A DNA stretch of 64,000 bases. It comes from Octopus sinensis. Lineage: Eukaryota. Shown one piece after another: positions 49,664 through 63,297 of this stretch. The notes under the pieces are model-generated. The model was not told the origin of the DNA, did no database searches, and worked only from the letters and a program-made list of their open reading frames with translations. The stretch is taken from assembly GCF_006345805.1 (NCBI RefSeq), contig NC_043012.1, positions 21,142,001-21,206,000 of the forward strand. Direction: 5' to 3'. Made by a program: the position numbers and the translations under genes. Positions within the stretch are counted from its first letter, which is position 1, and every line of letters begins with the position of its first letter.

Positions 49664-52600
49664 TCGATTTAAAGAAGTGTTAATAATCTAGAGGATGCGG
49701 TTTCGATAGCTGTGAAGTGTGGTTGTAAAAGTACGAAAATATGGTGATCATGAAACGTTGAAGCGTGATAAATATTTGAAAGAATATCGAAATATATCCG
49801 AGAAAAATCGGTGATTGCAGAATGAATCTTTCCGAAGTAACCTTTCTCTGCCAAATAAATAATTTGTTACTTTATTTTCTTCTTTTTTTTTTAATTAATT
49901 ATTATTCGTTGTTGTTGCTGTTGTTGTTAATGTTATTGTTATTATTGTCTTTTGGTTTCAATTTTTTTAAGGAATATCCAGTTATTCAGTTGCAGATGTG
50001 AACTAATCACTGATAGCATGTATCGAAAATCCGATATTTCGCAATTTTAAGAATTAGATTTTTTGGTAAATTGAATAATCCCTTTTAATTATAAAATTGT
50101 TTTTTTTTATTATTTTGTATCTCTTCACTTTGATGTGTTTCCTTTGTATTGAATTGCGTGAACAAAATGAAGGATACTCCAAAATTTAAGGTTTTCGTTT
50201 ATGGATAAAATTCTCAGGAATTTGAAATTGCTATTTGCTCGTTGAATATTTTTTTAATAGTTATATTTCCCAATTACAGAAAACTTCAATACAATCCAAA
50301 ATATGTGCGAGAGAAAAAGCTAACATTTCAGTGTAATTTCCTTATTAAGTATAAGAGAAGATTATTTTTTATATATCCTTCAGTTGTTATTCCTGCTGTG
50401 CTAGACAAAGTAATGTCCGTGTTGTTACGTATATAATCCGTTGAGGAAACAAAATCGAGAATGATTGAACATATAACTAGATATATGTATATATACACAT
50501 ATGAATTTATACAGATATCTATAACCAAGTATCTTTTCTTTTGTAGAACTGACAGAACAGTGAGTAAACTGTAAACCAGAAGGTCAATGGAAAGGGTTTT
50601 GATCCTGTTTTACCTGTATGATGTCAGTACCTTGTTGTGGTTGCTTTCTCGATTTTATTACTTTCCTATATTTTGTTAATTATATGTGTTTTATCGCAGT
50701 TTTTTTTTTCATTTGTTATCAAATTCATTGACAGGACTCATAAACTTTTTAAACGTTTTTGTTTTCTCTGAGCGTTAATTTTTGTTGCTTTTGCTATTGT
50801 TTTTGTATGTTTTGATGGTTCACGAATTTATTTCATATATTTTATAAAATACGTTTGATTCCAACAACGATGTAGATAAAAAGTTATTGATGTCACACTG
50901 CAACTTTGTCTTATTGTAACTATAACAGAAACAATTTGATTCTCTGTCAAGTTTTATGTGCATGCATTTACTCCTTTTTTCCAATATTTATAGTTATTTA
51001 CAAAGACATGTACTTATAACAGACATATACATATTAATATCACACGAGGGTGAAGTCCGACGTAAGAATATTTTTAAGCTTAAATTCTCCCTTGCAAAAA
51101 TTCGAATTTTTGGGGCTTAAAATATCTTTATGCTTTAAATATATGGAATTATTCATATATATTTAGGCCTCAATATGTGTGTATATTAATAAATATGTAC
51201 ATGTGCTTGAATATATTTTTATATATATATATAAATATATATATATATTATAAATCTATGTGTGTTTGCACGTAAGTATAAATTTATATTTATAAGATAT
51301 ATTTATATCTTATATCTTAGTTCTAAAGATATATTTATATCTTATTTGTATTTGTATACATATCTATATATGTATATTCGATTTAATAATCGGTTTCTTC
51401 TCTTATTTTCTTTTCTTCAAGTTCACCTTCGGATTTTTCTCGCTTTTATGTTTCTTTGAATTATTAAAACAGCTAAGTAGACCCCATTCTCTCCAAATGC
51501 CTCGTCTGGTCTCCAGCATTAACAAGAATTAACGAGGAACAACTAAGAAAATTTTCTTCTCCTTGCTCCAGAAACTTGACCAAATTCTAATTTGGTTTCG
51601 TTTGGGTATTTTAAATTACTTTGTGCCGTTCAAACTTTTTTCTTCTTCTAAATTCCTTTGCTTATTTTTGTTAATGTGTGCTTTTATTTTTATTTTTTTT
51701 CTTTCTGTATGGCAGCAACAATAATTATAATGATAATAATAATGAGATAATGTAAATAGCATCAAAACGATTCCGTACTAAATGAACACTTTTCGCAAGT
51801 TTTGTTGGTTGTTTTGCTCTGTGATTTTCTCGACGATTCTGTTCAATTTTAGTCTTATACAAACACTGCACTCACGCATAACAACACAAACACTACTGTA
51901 CATACGCACACATGTATACTTACACACAACACATACGTACACGCCTACATCTGCACGTACATACACTCATGCTTCTATAAATACATCTATGATTCACTTT
52001 TCGAATACTTTGCAATTTCTGGAACCAACAGTAATGATGATAATGATGATGGTGCTGGTATTGCGATTGTTCTTCTTATTGTTCTTGCTATTCCTACTCT
52101 TCCTTTCTGCTACTCTTCCTCTTCCTCCTACGGTTGTTGCAGTTGTGCTTTTATTTTTGGTATGTTTGTTTCCTTGTTTTGCAGATGTTTTTCTTTTTCT
52201 CTTGTTGTAACTCTTAGTAATTCTTCTTTTTCACACACATACTCACTCTTTTAACCCCCCTTTCTCTCTCTCTCACTCTCTCTTTTTCTTTCTCTTTCTC
52301 TCTTTCACGTTCTCTTCTTACCTCTTCTGTTTCTCTTTCTCACCCTGTCTTTTTTTTTTCTCTCTCTCTCTCTTATTTATTCTGCTTTACTCCCGGTTTT
52401 TGGTATAATATCAATTTTGGAAATGGAATAATTTTTCCGCGGTCGGGAGTCAGGGAGTTTTTTTGTTATTTTTTTCTCCTTTGCTCTTAAATATGAGAAC
52501 AGTGAGAGAGAGAGGGGAGGAGGAGGAGGAGGACAGAGAAGAGTGAATAAAGAGAGAGAATGTGTGTTTGTGGAAGAGAGAAAAGGGAGAGAAAGAAGAC

Positions 52601-52942
52601 AGAGTAGGTCGTGGTAGCTGCCACAATCCTGAGATCAACAAATACAAATTGACCTGAGTGTATGGTTGGAGGCGGACATACGTTGGAAACGACGACGCGG
52701 AAATTCGTATTCTTTTAGCTGTGACTCTTTTCAGTTACCTTCTTATCGCTTCTCTTTCTTATTCTTTCCTTTCTCTTCTTGTTTCTTATGGCAACCACCT
52801 GGATATGAAAGAGAAAAAAGAAAATAAGGTGAAGCGGAAAACGCTAGAAATAAAAAGTAAAACAAACATATATAAATGTGTGTGTGTATGTATACTTATA
52901 TATGTGTATATATATATATGTGTGTGTATGAATGCATGTTTG

Positions 52943-52980
<38 letters not shown>

Positions 52981-53165
52981 ATATATATATATAATATATA
53001 TATATATATATACATATATATACAATATATACATATATACATATATATATATATATACATATATATACATATATATATAATATATATATATATACATATA
53101 TATACATATATATACATATATATACATACATATATATACATATATATACATATATATACATATAT

Positions 53166-53207
<42 letters not shown>

Positions 53208-53965
53208 TATATATGTATATATATATATATTATATATATACATACATATATATATATAAACATTTAAATAAAAACACTTTAAAAAAACTAAAATGTGCCC
53301 TAACTGCTCATTAATCAGCTAGTTAATTTACTAATGCTTGCTTTGATTGTAAAGTAATCGGTGTTGATTTGGTACAAGAATTTCTACAGCACTTCGAGCT
53401 GGTAAGTAATTTCCATAGAGGACGTTGGTAAGCTCTTAAGGATTGACTGGAATAAAATAATATAAAATAAACAAATCTGATTTGACCGCCAATTGCTTGC
53501 TTCTGTTTTGAAGAGTACATTCCATGACGTGTGTTAATCAAGTTAATTTGTCTTCACAAAGGTCTTAATTAATTAAATTTTTTTTTTAAATCATACTAAA
53601 ATACTTTATAACATTTTTGTTGTTTGGAGTTGTTTTTATTGATTAATATTCGTCATTATATTGCATATGTTTTGTTGTTGTTGTTGGTGGTGGTGGTGGT
53701 GGAGTAAACTCCAGGTCAATCCGAACTGAACAGATTAGGTATGATGAAAGACGTTCCAGTCCTGACCAACACGTCTTATTTTCAGAGGCATTATATCTAA
53801 ATATACACCATAAATTTCCGTCTTTTTAAAGCGTTTAGTGTGTGATTTAAACGACATATCTCTGCTATTTTTAGCAGGTCCATCTAATAAAAAATATAGA
53901 AGCTCTCGCGTTAGCTCCTGCCCCACTCTTTCTGTCTTTAAGCAATGGTATAATTATCTAAAGTG

Positions 53966-54172
53966 GAGGTACATGGCTTAGTAGTTAGGGCGTTGGGCTC
54001 CTGATTGTAAGATTGTGGTTTCGATTCCTGGACCAGGATTAATAAAACAAAACGTTTAATTTCCCCTTTTCCAGTCCACTCAGGTGATAAAAATGAATAA
54101 TCCTCCGACGGAACCGTGTCCCGTCCAAGGAGGAGTATATACTCCTGAGAAACCGGGAAACCAGCCTTATGG
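53966..54172 (+). mobile_element. Diverged tRNA-head SINE with V-like module
   Basis: GGAGGTACATGGCTTAGTAG..GGTTTCGATTCC..GACGGAACCGTGTCCCGTCCAAGG..GAAACCGGGAAACC. Confidence 0.55.
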
Positions 54173-54480
54173 ATTAACCATAATTAAGCGATTTTTTCCT
54201 TCTCGTATGTTCTGACATGGACGGTGATAAACCTCACATCATCTCCGACTGAGCAGATTTACGATCAAAGAGAATTTCAGGTAAGGCTATTCTGATTTTT
54301 ATTATTTATTAAATTTCCAATCAGTGTCTACCGCCTCAAGACGGTGCTTCGACATGGACGCAGTCCAGTGGCTGAAACAAGTGAATTAATAAAAGAGGAC
54401 ATACAATAATTGTTATTATACGGAAAGCCAAATGGATTGCATCTACTGAAGAACTAGCCATTCCATAGTGAAAGCATTAT

Positions 54481-54857
54481 GAGCTGGCAGAAACGTTAGC
54501 ACGCCGGGCGAAATGCTTAGCGGTATTTCGTCTACCGCTACGTTCTGAGTTCATATTCCGCCGAGGTTGACTTTGCCTTTCATCCTTTCGGGGTCGATTA
54601 AATAAGTACCAGTTACGCATTGGGGTTGATATAATCGACTTAATCCGTTTGTCTGTCCTTGTTTGTCCTCTCTGTGTTTAGCCCCTTGTAGGTAGTAAAG
54701 CAATAGGTATTTCGTCTGTTTTTACGTTCTGGGTTCAAATTCTGCCGAGATCGACTTTGCCTTTCATCCTTTCAATAAACTAAGTACCAGTTGCGTACTG
54801 GGGTCGATCTAATCGACTGACCCCCTCCCCGGAAATTTCGTGCCTAGAGTAGAAAAG
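54481..54857 (+). mobile_element. SINE family A dimer
   Basis: First unit followed directly by GGTATTTCGTCTG... and the alternative tail ...GTGCCTAGAGTAGAAAAG. Confidence 0.85.
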
Positions 54858-55699
54858 ATTATAATCTTATAAGATCTAATAAGAAGGTAAAATGGGATCA
54901 TAAATAAATTTAAATCTCGTGTTAGGTACGGAGTTATACAGCTACTCAAACAGAATGCGTATCGGGAACAAATAGGCCCCCACCTGCCTCATAAAGGCAC
55001 TCTGAGTTCATTACAGCTTCCCATTTAGTTGTATGGAGGTACCATGCGATCACATACTTTATAATGAAACTAAAACTGGTGAGTGTACCGTTAGTTTGCA
55101 GTATTGCTCACAACAAATGTTAGATTTCGGAACCCACATCATTATGCTCAGGTGTTCTTTGGCTACTGCCATGATCTCCAGCCTGTAAACACTCAACCCT
55201 ACAAGAGAATTTCCATGTGCTATTTGACCGGTGATATGTCCCATTATGACAACGTATTTCGTCGTCTCTCTGGGACTGGTCTGAACGGCCTAGCTTCGCC
55301 GACCGATCCTACTGACTGTGTAAGTCCACTATTTATTAGTAGTGGACCAGCCCACTTCTTGCCTGGGGTTGTCCGCCACAACAACAGGCTAGAAACCTCG
55401 CTCATTTCATACCCGACCACAGTGAACAAGATCTCAAACATTTAAACCAAATTTTCTCAAAACAACTTTCCCGACCGTCCAATAGGCCTCCCCTTTGAGA
55501 AACACTGATTTAACCTAAATTTGAGACACCAGCAAAAGAAGAAATAAAGATAGACTTTTTTCTCTTCCAAAGAAAAACGATTTTATTCACACAAATATGC
55601 AATCGAAGAGTTTAAAGTATCAGTAATGATAAGGCTGTTGACTGGGAGAACACAAACATGGTTTAAACAGTAAGCTTGGCAGGAACGAAACGTGCCTTT

Positions 55700-55949
55700 A
55701 AGCAGTGCAAAAACAACAAAAAATGGAAGGTGCAGTTATGTACAGGTTGACGGAAGAAGAGCAGGACAAAACGGCTTTATCGATCGCATTCTCACCTGGA
55801 ATCGATTTTTGCAATTTTTCAAGACTTATACACGCCCTGATACCGTCGGTATCGACTTATCAAATTTGAGTGCAATCGGATGGAGGATGCCCGAGATCCT
55901 AAAAGCCACACACACACACAGACAGACAGAACGGATTTTATAAAAGAGA
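55700..55949 (-). mobile_element. 5' portion of a second non-autonomous Helitron-like family
   Basis: Minus strand begins A|TCTCTTTTATAAAATCCGTTCTGTCTGTCTG, like the 5' end of the 373-bp family; no 3' hairpin/CTAG found. Confidence 0.45.
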
Positions 55950-56600
55950 TATACGCGCGCGCATACACACACACATATATTTACACCACTCAAAACACTC
56001 ATGGTACAGTCGATATTTATATATAGGTAGATGAATATATTCCCATGTATAAACATATATTGACAGATATACGTATGTGCGTATATGTAAATTATTGCGT
56101 GTGTTTTGGGTATATATATATATATATATATACGTGCGTGTATGTATGTATATGAATATTATACGTGTAACTGTATGTTTGTGTGTATCGATCAGTTGTA
56201 TCATGGGTGTTTTAAACGTGATACAGATATTAATTGAAGCTAACGGAGACACAGCTGTTCCCAATTATACTTAAGTGAACCTGTAGCACTTGTAAAGCTT
56301 TCAAATATATTCTACCGTCAAAAATTCGGTCTTCGTACACGAGCGCGTGTGAAGTTATGCTTATCCGTATTTCCCAGCATACAAAGGCAGAGAGATAAGG
56401 ATAAAGCAGGAGAAGAAAAGAAAGAAAGAAAGATAGAAGGATGTGAAGGGAAAGTTAAATGTGTCAAGAATTGAAGATTCGTATCAAAATTAATGAATTT
56501 ATTTGAATACGAAAGATGATAAGGTACTATTTTACTGGGATAATGTTTCATTTTTTATTGTTTGTTTTTATTTGTATTTTTAATGTATTTATGCATGCAT

Positions 56601-56759
56601 AGGCACAGACATGGCTGTGCAGGTAAGAAGCTTGCTTCCTAACCAAGCGGTCTTGGTTTCAATCCCACTGTGTAGCCTCTTGTACAAGTTTTTTTTTACT
56701 ATCGCCTCAGACTGACTCAAGCCTTCTCAGTAGATTTTGTAGACGGAAAGCCTGTTGTT

Positions 56760-56799
<40 letters not shown>

Positions 56800-56935
56800 C
56801 GCGTGCGCGCGTGAATATGTTTGTCTCCCATCACTGCTTGACAGCCGGTGTTGGTATGTTTACCTCACCGTGACTTAACGGTTCCAAAAAGGAAACCGAT
56901 AAAATAGATATCAGGCTTTAAACAAATAAGTACTG
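56601..56935 (+). mobile_element. SINE family B, diverged
   Basis: AGGCACAGACATGGCTGTG...GTAGACGGAAA...microsatellite...CTGCTTGACAGCCGGTGTTGG. Confidence 0.75.
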
Positions 56936-56949
56936 ACGTCAGATTGACA

Positions 56950-57430
56950 TCGTTTGAACTCGTTCTTAATCAGGATCACAGTTTAACATTACCAGCTGAC
57001 TCATGGGTCTTTCAACGGAGTTTACTCGGATGCAAGCATTCACAGCCAGTTCTCCAGTTTGAAGAAAACTTCCGACTCTCCTCCCATGCTCAGAGACACT
57101 AAAATCTGGCATAGGCTTGCCCTTGTTTTTGCCGGCGCTCACTTAAAATCACTCTACCAGCTCGTTCAATTCTTCCCAGATCTCTCCCCAATACAAGAAA
57201 AACGTATTTGCGCTTCTGAAATAGAGAGTTGTGTACCACATTAACCTTAAAACTACGGCTAAATTACCCTTCCGTTGTAATGTAACCTTCTTCTGAAGAC
57301 TTATTTTAAACACTTCGCTTAGACTGTTCCTGGATAATGAATACTTTGGAACTCCCTCTCTCTCCGCGTTTTCCTATCAGCACCGACCAGAATAAGTTCA
57401 AACTGGACATCAATCACCTTGATGTTATCT
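56950..57430 (+). mobile_element. Decayed LINE 3' end (Jockey/CR1-like)
   Basis: LWNSLSLRVF / TDQNKFKLDINHLD resembles the WNSLP..VFP...L..FK..IN C-terminal motif of these LINEs. Confidence 0.45.
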
Positions 57431-58546
57431 GTGTGGGAGTGCCTGCTAAAGATATGGCCATTGCACCGAATTAAAAAGTAAAAGTAAAATAACCTTATTT
57501 GTATGTAGTAAGATTAAACTGCGTTTTGTGAATGAAGTCTAAGTATAGTTCAAGAAAAGAGATGTTCATAACATTTGCCACGAATATGAATAAAGCAAAT
57601 TTAGAGCACCATCGGCCAGTCATGTGAGTGACCTTTATAAATAAAATAACCGATAAGTGTACAATAATTATTATTTCTAGCTCTAGTTTCAAGTTCGACG
57701 TTAATGGGAATATTTGCTGAAACTTTCTCTGAAGTCAGTAATCAAAGAACTTCTATTAAGTTTAATCTATCGCTAATGCATTCCAGCTATTTAACATTTC
57801 AAGATTTCAAAGGCTTAATGTTCAGATTTAAACATGGTGAACTTCGAAGCATTGGAATAAAAGGATTACCTTAATAAAACATGACACAGATATTGAATTA
57901 ATTAATAAATGCCTAAGTGCATCGATAGCCAACTCCATCTGCTTAGCATCAGGAATAAAACCATTAGGCGACGACCTGAGTAGGCAATTTCGTTTAAAGG
58001 CGAACGAAAAATCATATATTTAACTACAGAGCGGAATATATATATGTATTCGACACACAACAAGGGTAACTAACCATGTTCAAAAATTGATTGGATTACA
58101 AAGATTCGTTGGTGCATTTCCATCAGTGCACGTAACATGATATTAAAAGAGAAAATATTAAAAGAATAAAAGCACATTTGTTTTCGAAAAGTAGGTTTTT
58201 AAACGTTTAATTTCAAGTGTAACTTGAAATCACTTCTCTCAGTTTTCTTATATTGTTTGCTATTCCTGTTTTTCTATGCTAGAAAGATACTCATCACTGA
58301 TCACAAAACAAATACGGAAGAGAAAGAAGGAATTGCTTTAAAGATAAAAAAAAAAATAGGTGCTGTTGTTGTTTGTTGGTTTGTTTGTTTTTTACACATT
58401 TCTAAAAGGCTGAAATAAATATCAATGATATGTATTTATTCTAAGCATCGATGAAACTAAAAGCATCAATTGTTTAACTTTCCATAGATGTATATATATG
58501 TATGTGCGTATGCGTGTGTGTGTGTGTAATTATATATATATGTATG

Positions 58547-58607
<61 letters not shown>

Positions 58608-58956
58608 GTGTGTATGCGTATATATGTGTATATGTATATATACAATGTATATATGTATGTATATATGTATGCTTATGTGTATGTATATATATATATATGT
58701 ATATATATGTTTATATATATGTATATATATGTATATATATATATATTATATGTGTGTGTGTGTGTGTGTGTGGTGTGTGTGTGTGTGTGTGTGTGTTAAA
58801 TTCAATTTACGTTGAATGCTAACAAAGTTTGCTTTAGAAGCGTCGAGATGCATTGAAAGATAAGGAAATAATTTTATTCTCAAAAGCAAGATGATGCTAA
58901 TAGCATAGCATGAACAGGATAAACTATCCATATTTTGCAAAAAAAATCTGTCGGTG

Positions 58957-59026
58957 GACAGCCATGAGACTCGAAGTCACATCCCTGTGATTACGCGTCA
59001 AGTGCTTTACCATTAAGCTAAACTGC
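58957..59026 (-). pseudogene. tRNA-Thr(CGT)-like pseudogene or SINE head
   Basis: GCAGTTTAGCTTAATGGTAAAGCACTTGACGCGTAATCACAGGGATGTGACTTCGAGTCTCATGGCTGT: D arm, loop CGCGTAA (anticodon CGT, U33 replaced by G), TTCGA; acceptor stem poorly paired. Confidence 0.45.
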
Positions 59027-60151
59027 TCAGCAGATGATGAAACCTATGGACATTAAGGAGTGAAGGAAATGAAACTTTTGACATTCATAGCTTTCCTAAG
59101 TACATGAGCCATATAAATGAAATACCCATGACCTCGAATCGAACCTAAGAACACAGAACCCGGAACATTGCCATTTACTCAACTATGCCTGTCATATAAC
59201 AAGTTAGGGCCTAAACTTCGATAGAAGTGCTAATTTCTACAGCCATAACTATTTCTCAAAAATTGTTACAACACAATATAAATAGAATTAAGCTATGTTA
59301 ACATTAAATGTGTTACTTTATTCAATTATGGTAAATTTCCGACATTTGATTACAAGACATATTTTCTAAATGAAATTAACAAAATCTCGACAAATATCAT
59401 AGGTTCGTAAAGATGGTGCTTATAAATTTGATGGCATTTCTTGTCCATGCCAGTTGTTTGCTTTAGATTGCCCTAGTTAGCCGTTCGCTACGAGATATAT
59501 TTAAGGTATCTAACCCAAACCATTTCTTTAAATGAAGCTTTTCACCTTAGTAATTGCACACTGGGTCATTAGCAACATTTGCAAAGACGAATGCAATACT
59601 GTTAGAGAGGTTTTATTCTCAAATTGGCTCTTTAAGTGATTGAATGCAAATGTACCTGGCTAGCTAAGAACTGATACACCTTCTGCGACACAACAGAATT
59701 AATTGAATATGTATTTAATTGTAAATCTTGAAAATTAGGTCAAATACTTGCTATTGTTATCGTATTTGTTCTTATAATAGCTAAGTCTTATACATTCTAT
59801 TCCCTGTCTAATTATAATCCGTTCAACTTCATAGAAACTAAACAGAATTAACAAAACAGAGAATATCCATAATTAATAGCAATCATTCCAACAATTTCGA
59901 CAAACAATTCCATTGAAAATGGTTTCTCTTAAACATGTCTGCATTCGTTTACAATTTATTGAATTCGCTCAAGAACTTCTGTTCCTGTTACTATCATAGT
60001 CAAATATATTCAAGAATATACGTGAGAGAGGGAGAGAAAGGGGTAGGAGAATGTGTGTATGTGTATACGTGTGGGTGCGTGAATTTCTTTGGAATTTACT
60101 CGTAATCTACTTGAATCAATATTTCAAGTGAAATTAACATATTTCTAGCTG

Positions 60152-60260
<109 letters not shown>

Positions 60261-60324
60261 TATATATACACGTATATATCTCAAATTTGTATCTTACTGA
60301 ACTGCTTAAGTAACAGGAACGTAA

Positions 60325-60710
60325 TCAAATCAACACCGGTTGTCAAGGGCTGGTATTGGCAAACACAAACACATATTATATATAGTGAGAATTTACAAAA
60401 AACAAAAGACGAAAACGGGTGTGTAAACAACAAACAGATGTATTAGTTTAACGCTCGGGAAGTGAGAAAGTCTTTTACGTTTTGAGCCTACGCTCTTCGA
60501 CAGAAAGGAACACAGAAATAAACAGGGAGAGGAAATAAAAAAGGTTTAGTGGCTAGCGAACTATTATGGGATTCCACACATTTCCCATTTACCAAATTCA
60601 TTCGCAGGACATTCGTCAGTCCGTGGGTGGTATTATGGAAGAAGACACTTGCCCAAGGCTTCGAACATGTGGATACAAAAGGAGCTTCTTAACCACACAG
60701 GCGGCTGCGG
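60325..60710 (-). mobile_element. Older SINE family B copy split by a Penelope-like fragment
   Basis: AACACCGGTTGTCAAG..CAAACACAAACAC on the left; AGAAGACACTTGCCCAAGG..CTTCTTAACCACACAG on the right. Confidence 0.55.
60385..60560 (-). mobile_element. Penelope-like relic (second copy at 62640-62800)
   Basis: Both copies share CAAACAGATGTATTAGT.TAACGCTCGGGAAG...ACGTTT.GA.CCTACGCTCTTC.ACAGAAAGGAAC. Confidence 0.55.
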
Positions 60711-60864
60711 TGAGATTTGAACTCAGTGAGTAAAGTTACACCGCAACAATCTACAGTAAAAATTGCATTCAGAAATCAAATTTTACTTAATCATTTGATT
60801 CTCTTGAAGTTCTGAGTTCAAACTCAGGCAGAAGCCTACTTTTCAGAGTCGATTTATTTTTTTT

Positions 60865-61030
60865 TTCTACTCTAAGTACAAGGCCCGAAAGTTTTGGGGA
60901 GGCGAGGCCAGTTGATCAGATCGACCCCAGTACGCAACTGGTACTTAATTTATCTACCTCGAAAGGATGAAAGGCAAAGTCGATCACGTCGGAATTTGAA
61001 CTCAGAAAGCAAAGACGGACGTAACTTGTA
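60865..61030 (-). mobile_element. SINE family A, 5'-truncated, alternative tail
   Basis: GACCCCAGTACGCAACTGGTACTTAATTTATC...GAAAGGATGAAAGGCAAAGTCGA. Confidence 0.75.
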
Positions 61031-62639
61031 TTATATCAATTCCATGAAAGGTTTGGCCTAGTCCAAAGTCAGATATCAATATTTTGTAGATCAAAAGAAA
61101 AGTGAGTTAAAAGATTCTAATGGTGCAGGAGCCCACTTGCCATCGAGCAAGCTGGGAACCTGGCCAGTCCGCAACTGCTTACAGTAGTTAGTTTGTGTAC
61201 GTTTATTTCTCTCCACAGCCAACATTTCCTTTCATTCTCTGAGAATTGAAAAAAAGAAAAACAATATACGCCATTTTTGTTTCTAAATACGAAATCAGTA
61301 TTCGGTGAGGAGAAATGCCAGAGTGGATAAAATATTTGTACTGTCAACTCCTACATTAAAAGTTCAAACCGATGACAGATATTTCGATGTATTTCTGGGT
61401 AGAACACTTTATCTATGCGTTCGTCGATTCCCTTAAGATTTTTGGAATAGAGACTAAATCCTGCGTAATCGTTATCAGGATTTAACTTAATTTAACTGTT
61501 CAGAGAATTATTTACTTTATTCAATTCACTCTGTCATTCTCATAAACTACATCCTGTTCTCGAGGACAATAAGTGCTTTTCTTCTCTCTTAACCACACCA
61601 AGCATCTAGGCATATATTTATATATATAATAGGCGATGAGAAAGGTATAGCTTATAAAATCACAGAGAATGACGGTGTGTTTGTAATTTTATCATTAGTA
61701 GTTTTGTGTTGGGAGGAATGTTATTTGTGGGGGCTTATATTGCAAAGTGTGGTAATTTGTTTTAGTGAGGTTATCATTTTATCAATAACACATAAAGTAT
61801 TTGTGATGGTATTTTATTTTCTTCATTATTATCATTTCGAATATGGATGAGACAAGAGACATTCCAGCCATGAACAGCTCTATGGTTTTAGTAGTATATC
61901 TAGGGCTGTATTGTCTAATGTTTGCTTTTCTTACTTAAGACAATAGAGTGTATTTTTAGAGAGATTTGGGTGTACTTTCTAGCAGGTTCAAATGACCACA
62001 TTGTAACTCTGTCAATAATTCACTTATCAGTTATTTGACAGAACGTCAGTCAATATTGTGATTCTCCCCACTAAGATAAATGTTTTAATCACACATCCTA
62101 CACGGTGCCAATTAGCTGAGAAATGAATGTCACAGCTTCTTCTGTATTCTCTGAATTCATTAAAACTAATAACAAATTTATGAATGCAATAAAGATCGAG
62201 TAGAAATATATTTTATTCACTCTGTGAACTTTTAAAGTGTCAAGTCGAAAAACAGTGCCAAAGGTAACAAAATTTCGTAAAAGAAAAATGACTGGCTTGA
62301 ATTCTTGGACAAGCAACTTTTATTTAGGAACCTTAGGGATTTAGACAGTGATTCCACTATTAAGGTTGTAATCTTAATAAGCATTTCTTAGCTTCTTGGC
62401 TTATTAAATCGAGTAAGAACAGGCTTTGATACTGCACTTTCATAACATTTATAAGTATATTTTTGCTGTATAGGTGGGCTTGCTTGTGTGTGAGAGAGAA
62501 GGACAGAGACACAGAGACAGAGAGATTCTGTATTAAGCAGCATATTAGGTTATTTGCTCATCCTCTACAGTATATCTCAGCTGTATAGATCTTTAAATGG
62601 TACATGTTGGCCTATTTTCTCATACACATACATATATAG

Positions 62640-62800
62640 GGAGAAATTCACAAACAATAAAAAACAAAAGACGAAGACAGGTGGTGTAGGAAGCAAACAG
62701 ATGTATTAGTATAACGCTCGGGAAGCGAAAAAGTATTTAACGTTTCGACCCTACGCTCTTCCACAGAAAGGAACCGAAAGAAAACGAAAAATGTTTAGAA
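62640..62800 (-). mobile_element. Penelope-like relic (same family as 60385-60560)
   Basis: Direct repeat of 60385-60560 with substitutions. Confidence 0.55.
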
Positions 62801-63258
62801 AGTATTAAAACAGCTACCAAAAGTTCAAAAGGTTCAAAAGCTTCAGACGTCGTGGTGTATTGGAGCGATTTTTCAACAACAGAGGAGTGTATGTATATAT
62901 ATAAATATATATATACAGACATACATACGTATATATACATATAAATACACACATGCACACACACACGAACACACACACACATGAACACACACACACAGAC
63001 ACACATATATATTATCCACAATGTATAGTATTATATATCCACTACGACTGATCTTATCTATCGATTTCGTGCTAGGAATAAAGCAGAGTGTTAGGTAACA
63101 ATCATATTATATAACCTTATGCTCATCAGAGATAGCCCATTGGTAAGATTCGCCCAAATAAATAATGTTGTACACTTCAGATAATATGCCCACTCTTTTG
63201 ACAGATAATCGAGTCCATCTTATCCTTGACTTATGGACTCTTAGACGACTCACGCGCG

Positions 63259-63297
<39 letters not shown>

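Noticed and set aside
54205-54290. Apparent exon ending in TTTCAG|GTAAGG
   Set aside because: The sequence matches a repeat also seen at about 53710-53770 (GACTGAGCAGA..ATGATCAAAG..TTCCAG), so it is probably TE-derived.
55324-55347. 8-bp hairpin GTCCACTA/TAGTGGAC
   Set aside because: Isolated, not followed by CTAG and not repeated; consistent with chance.
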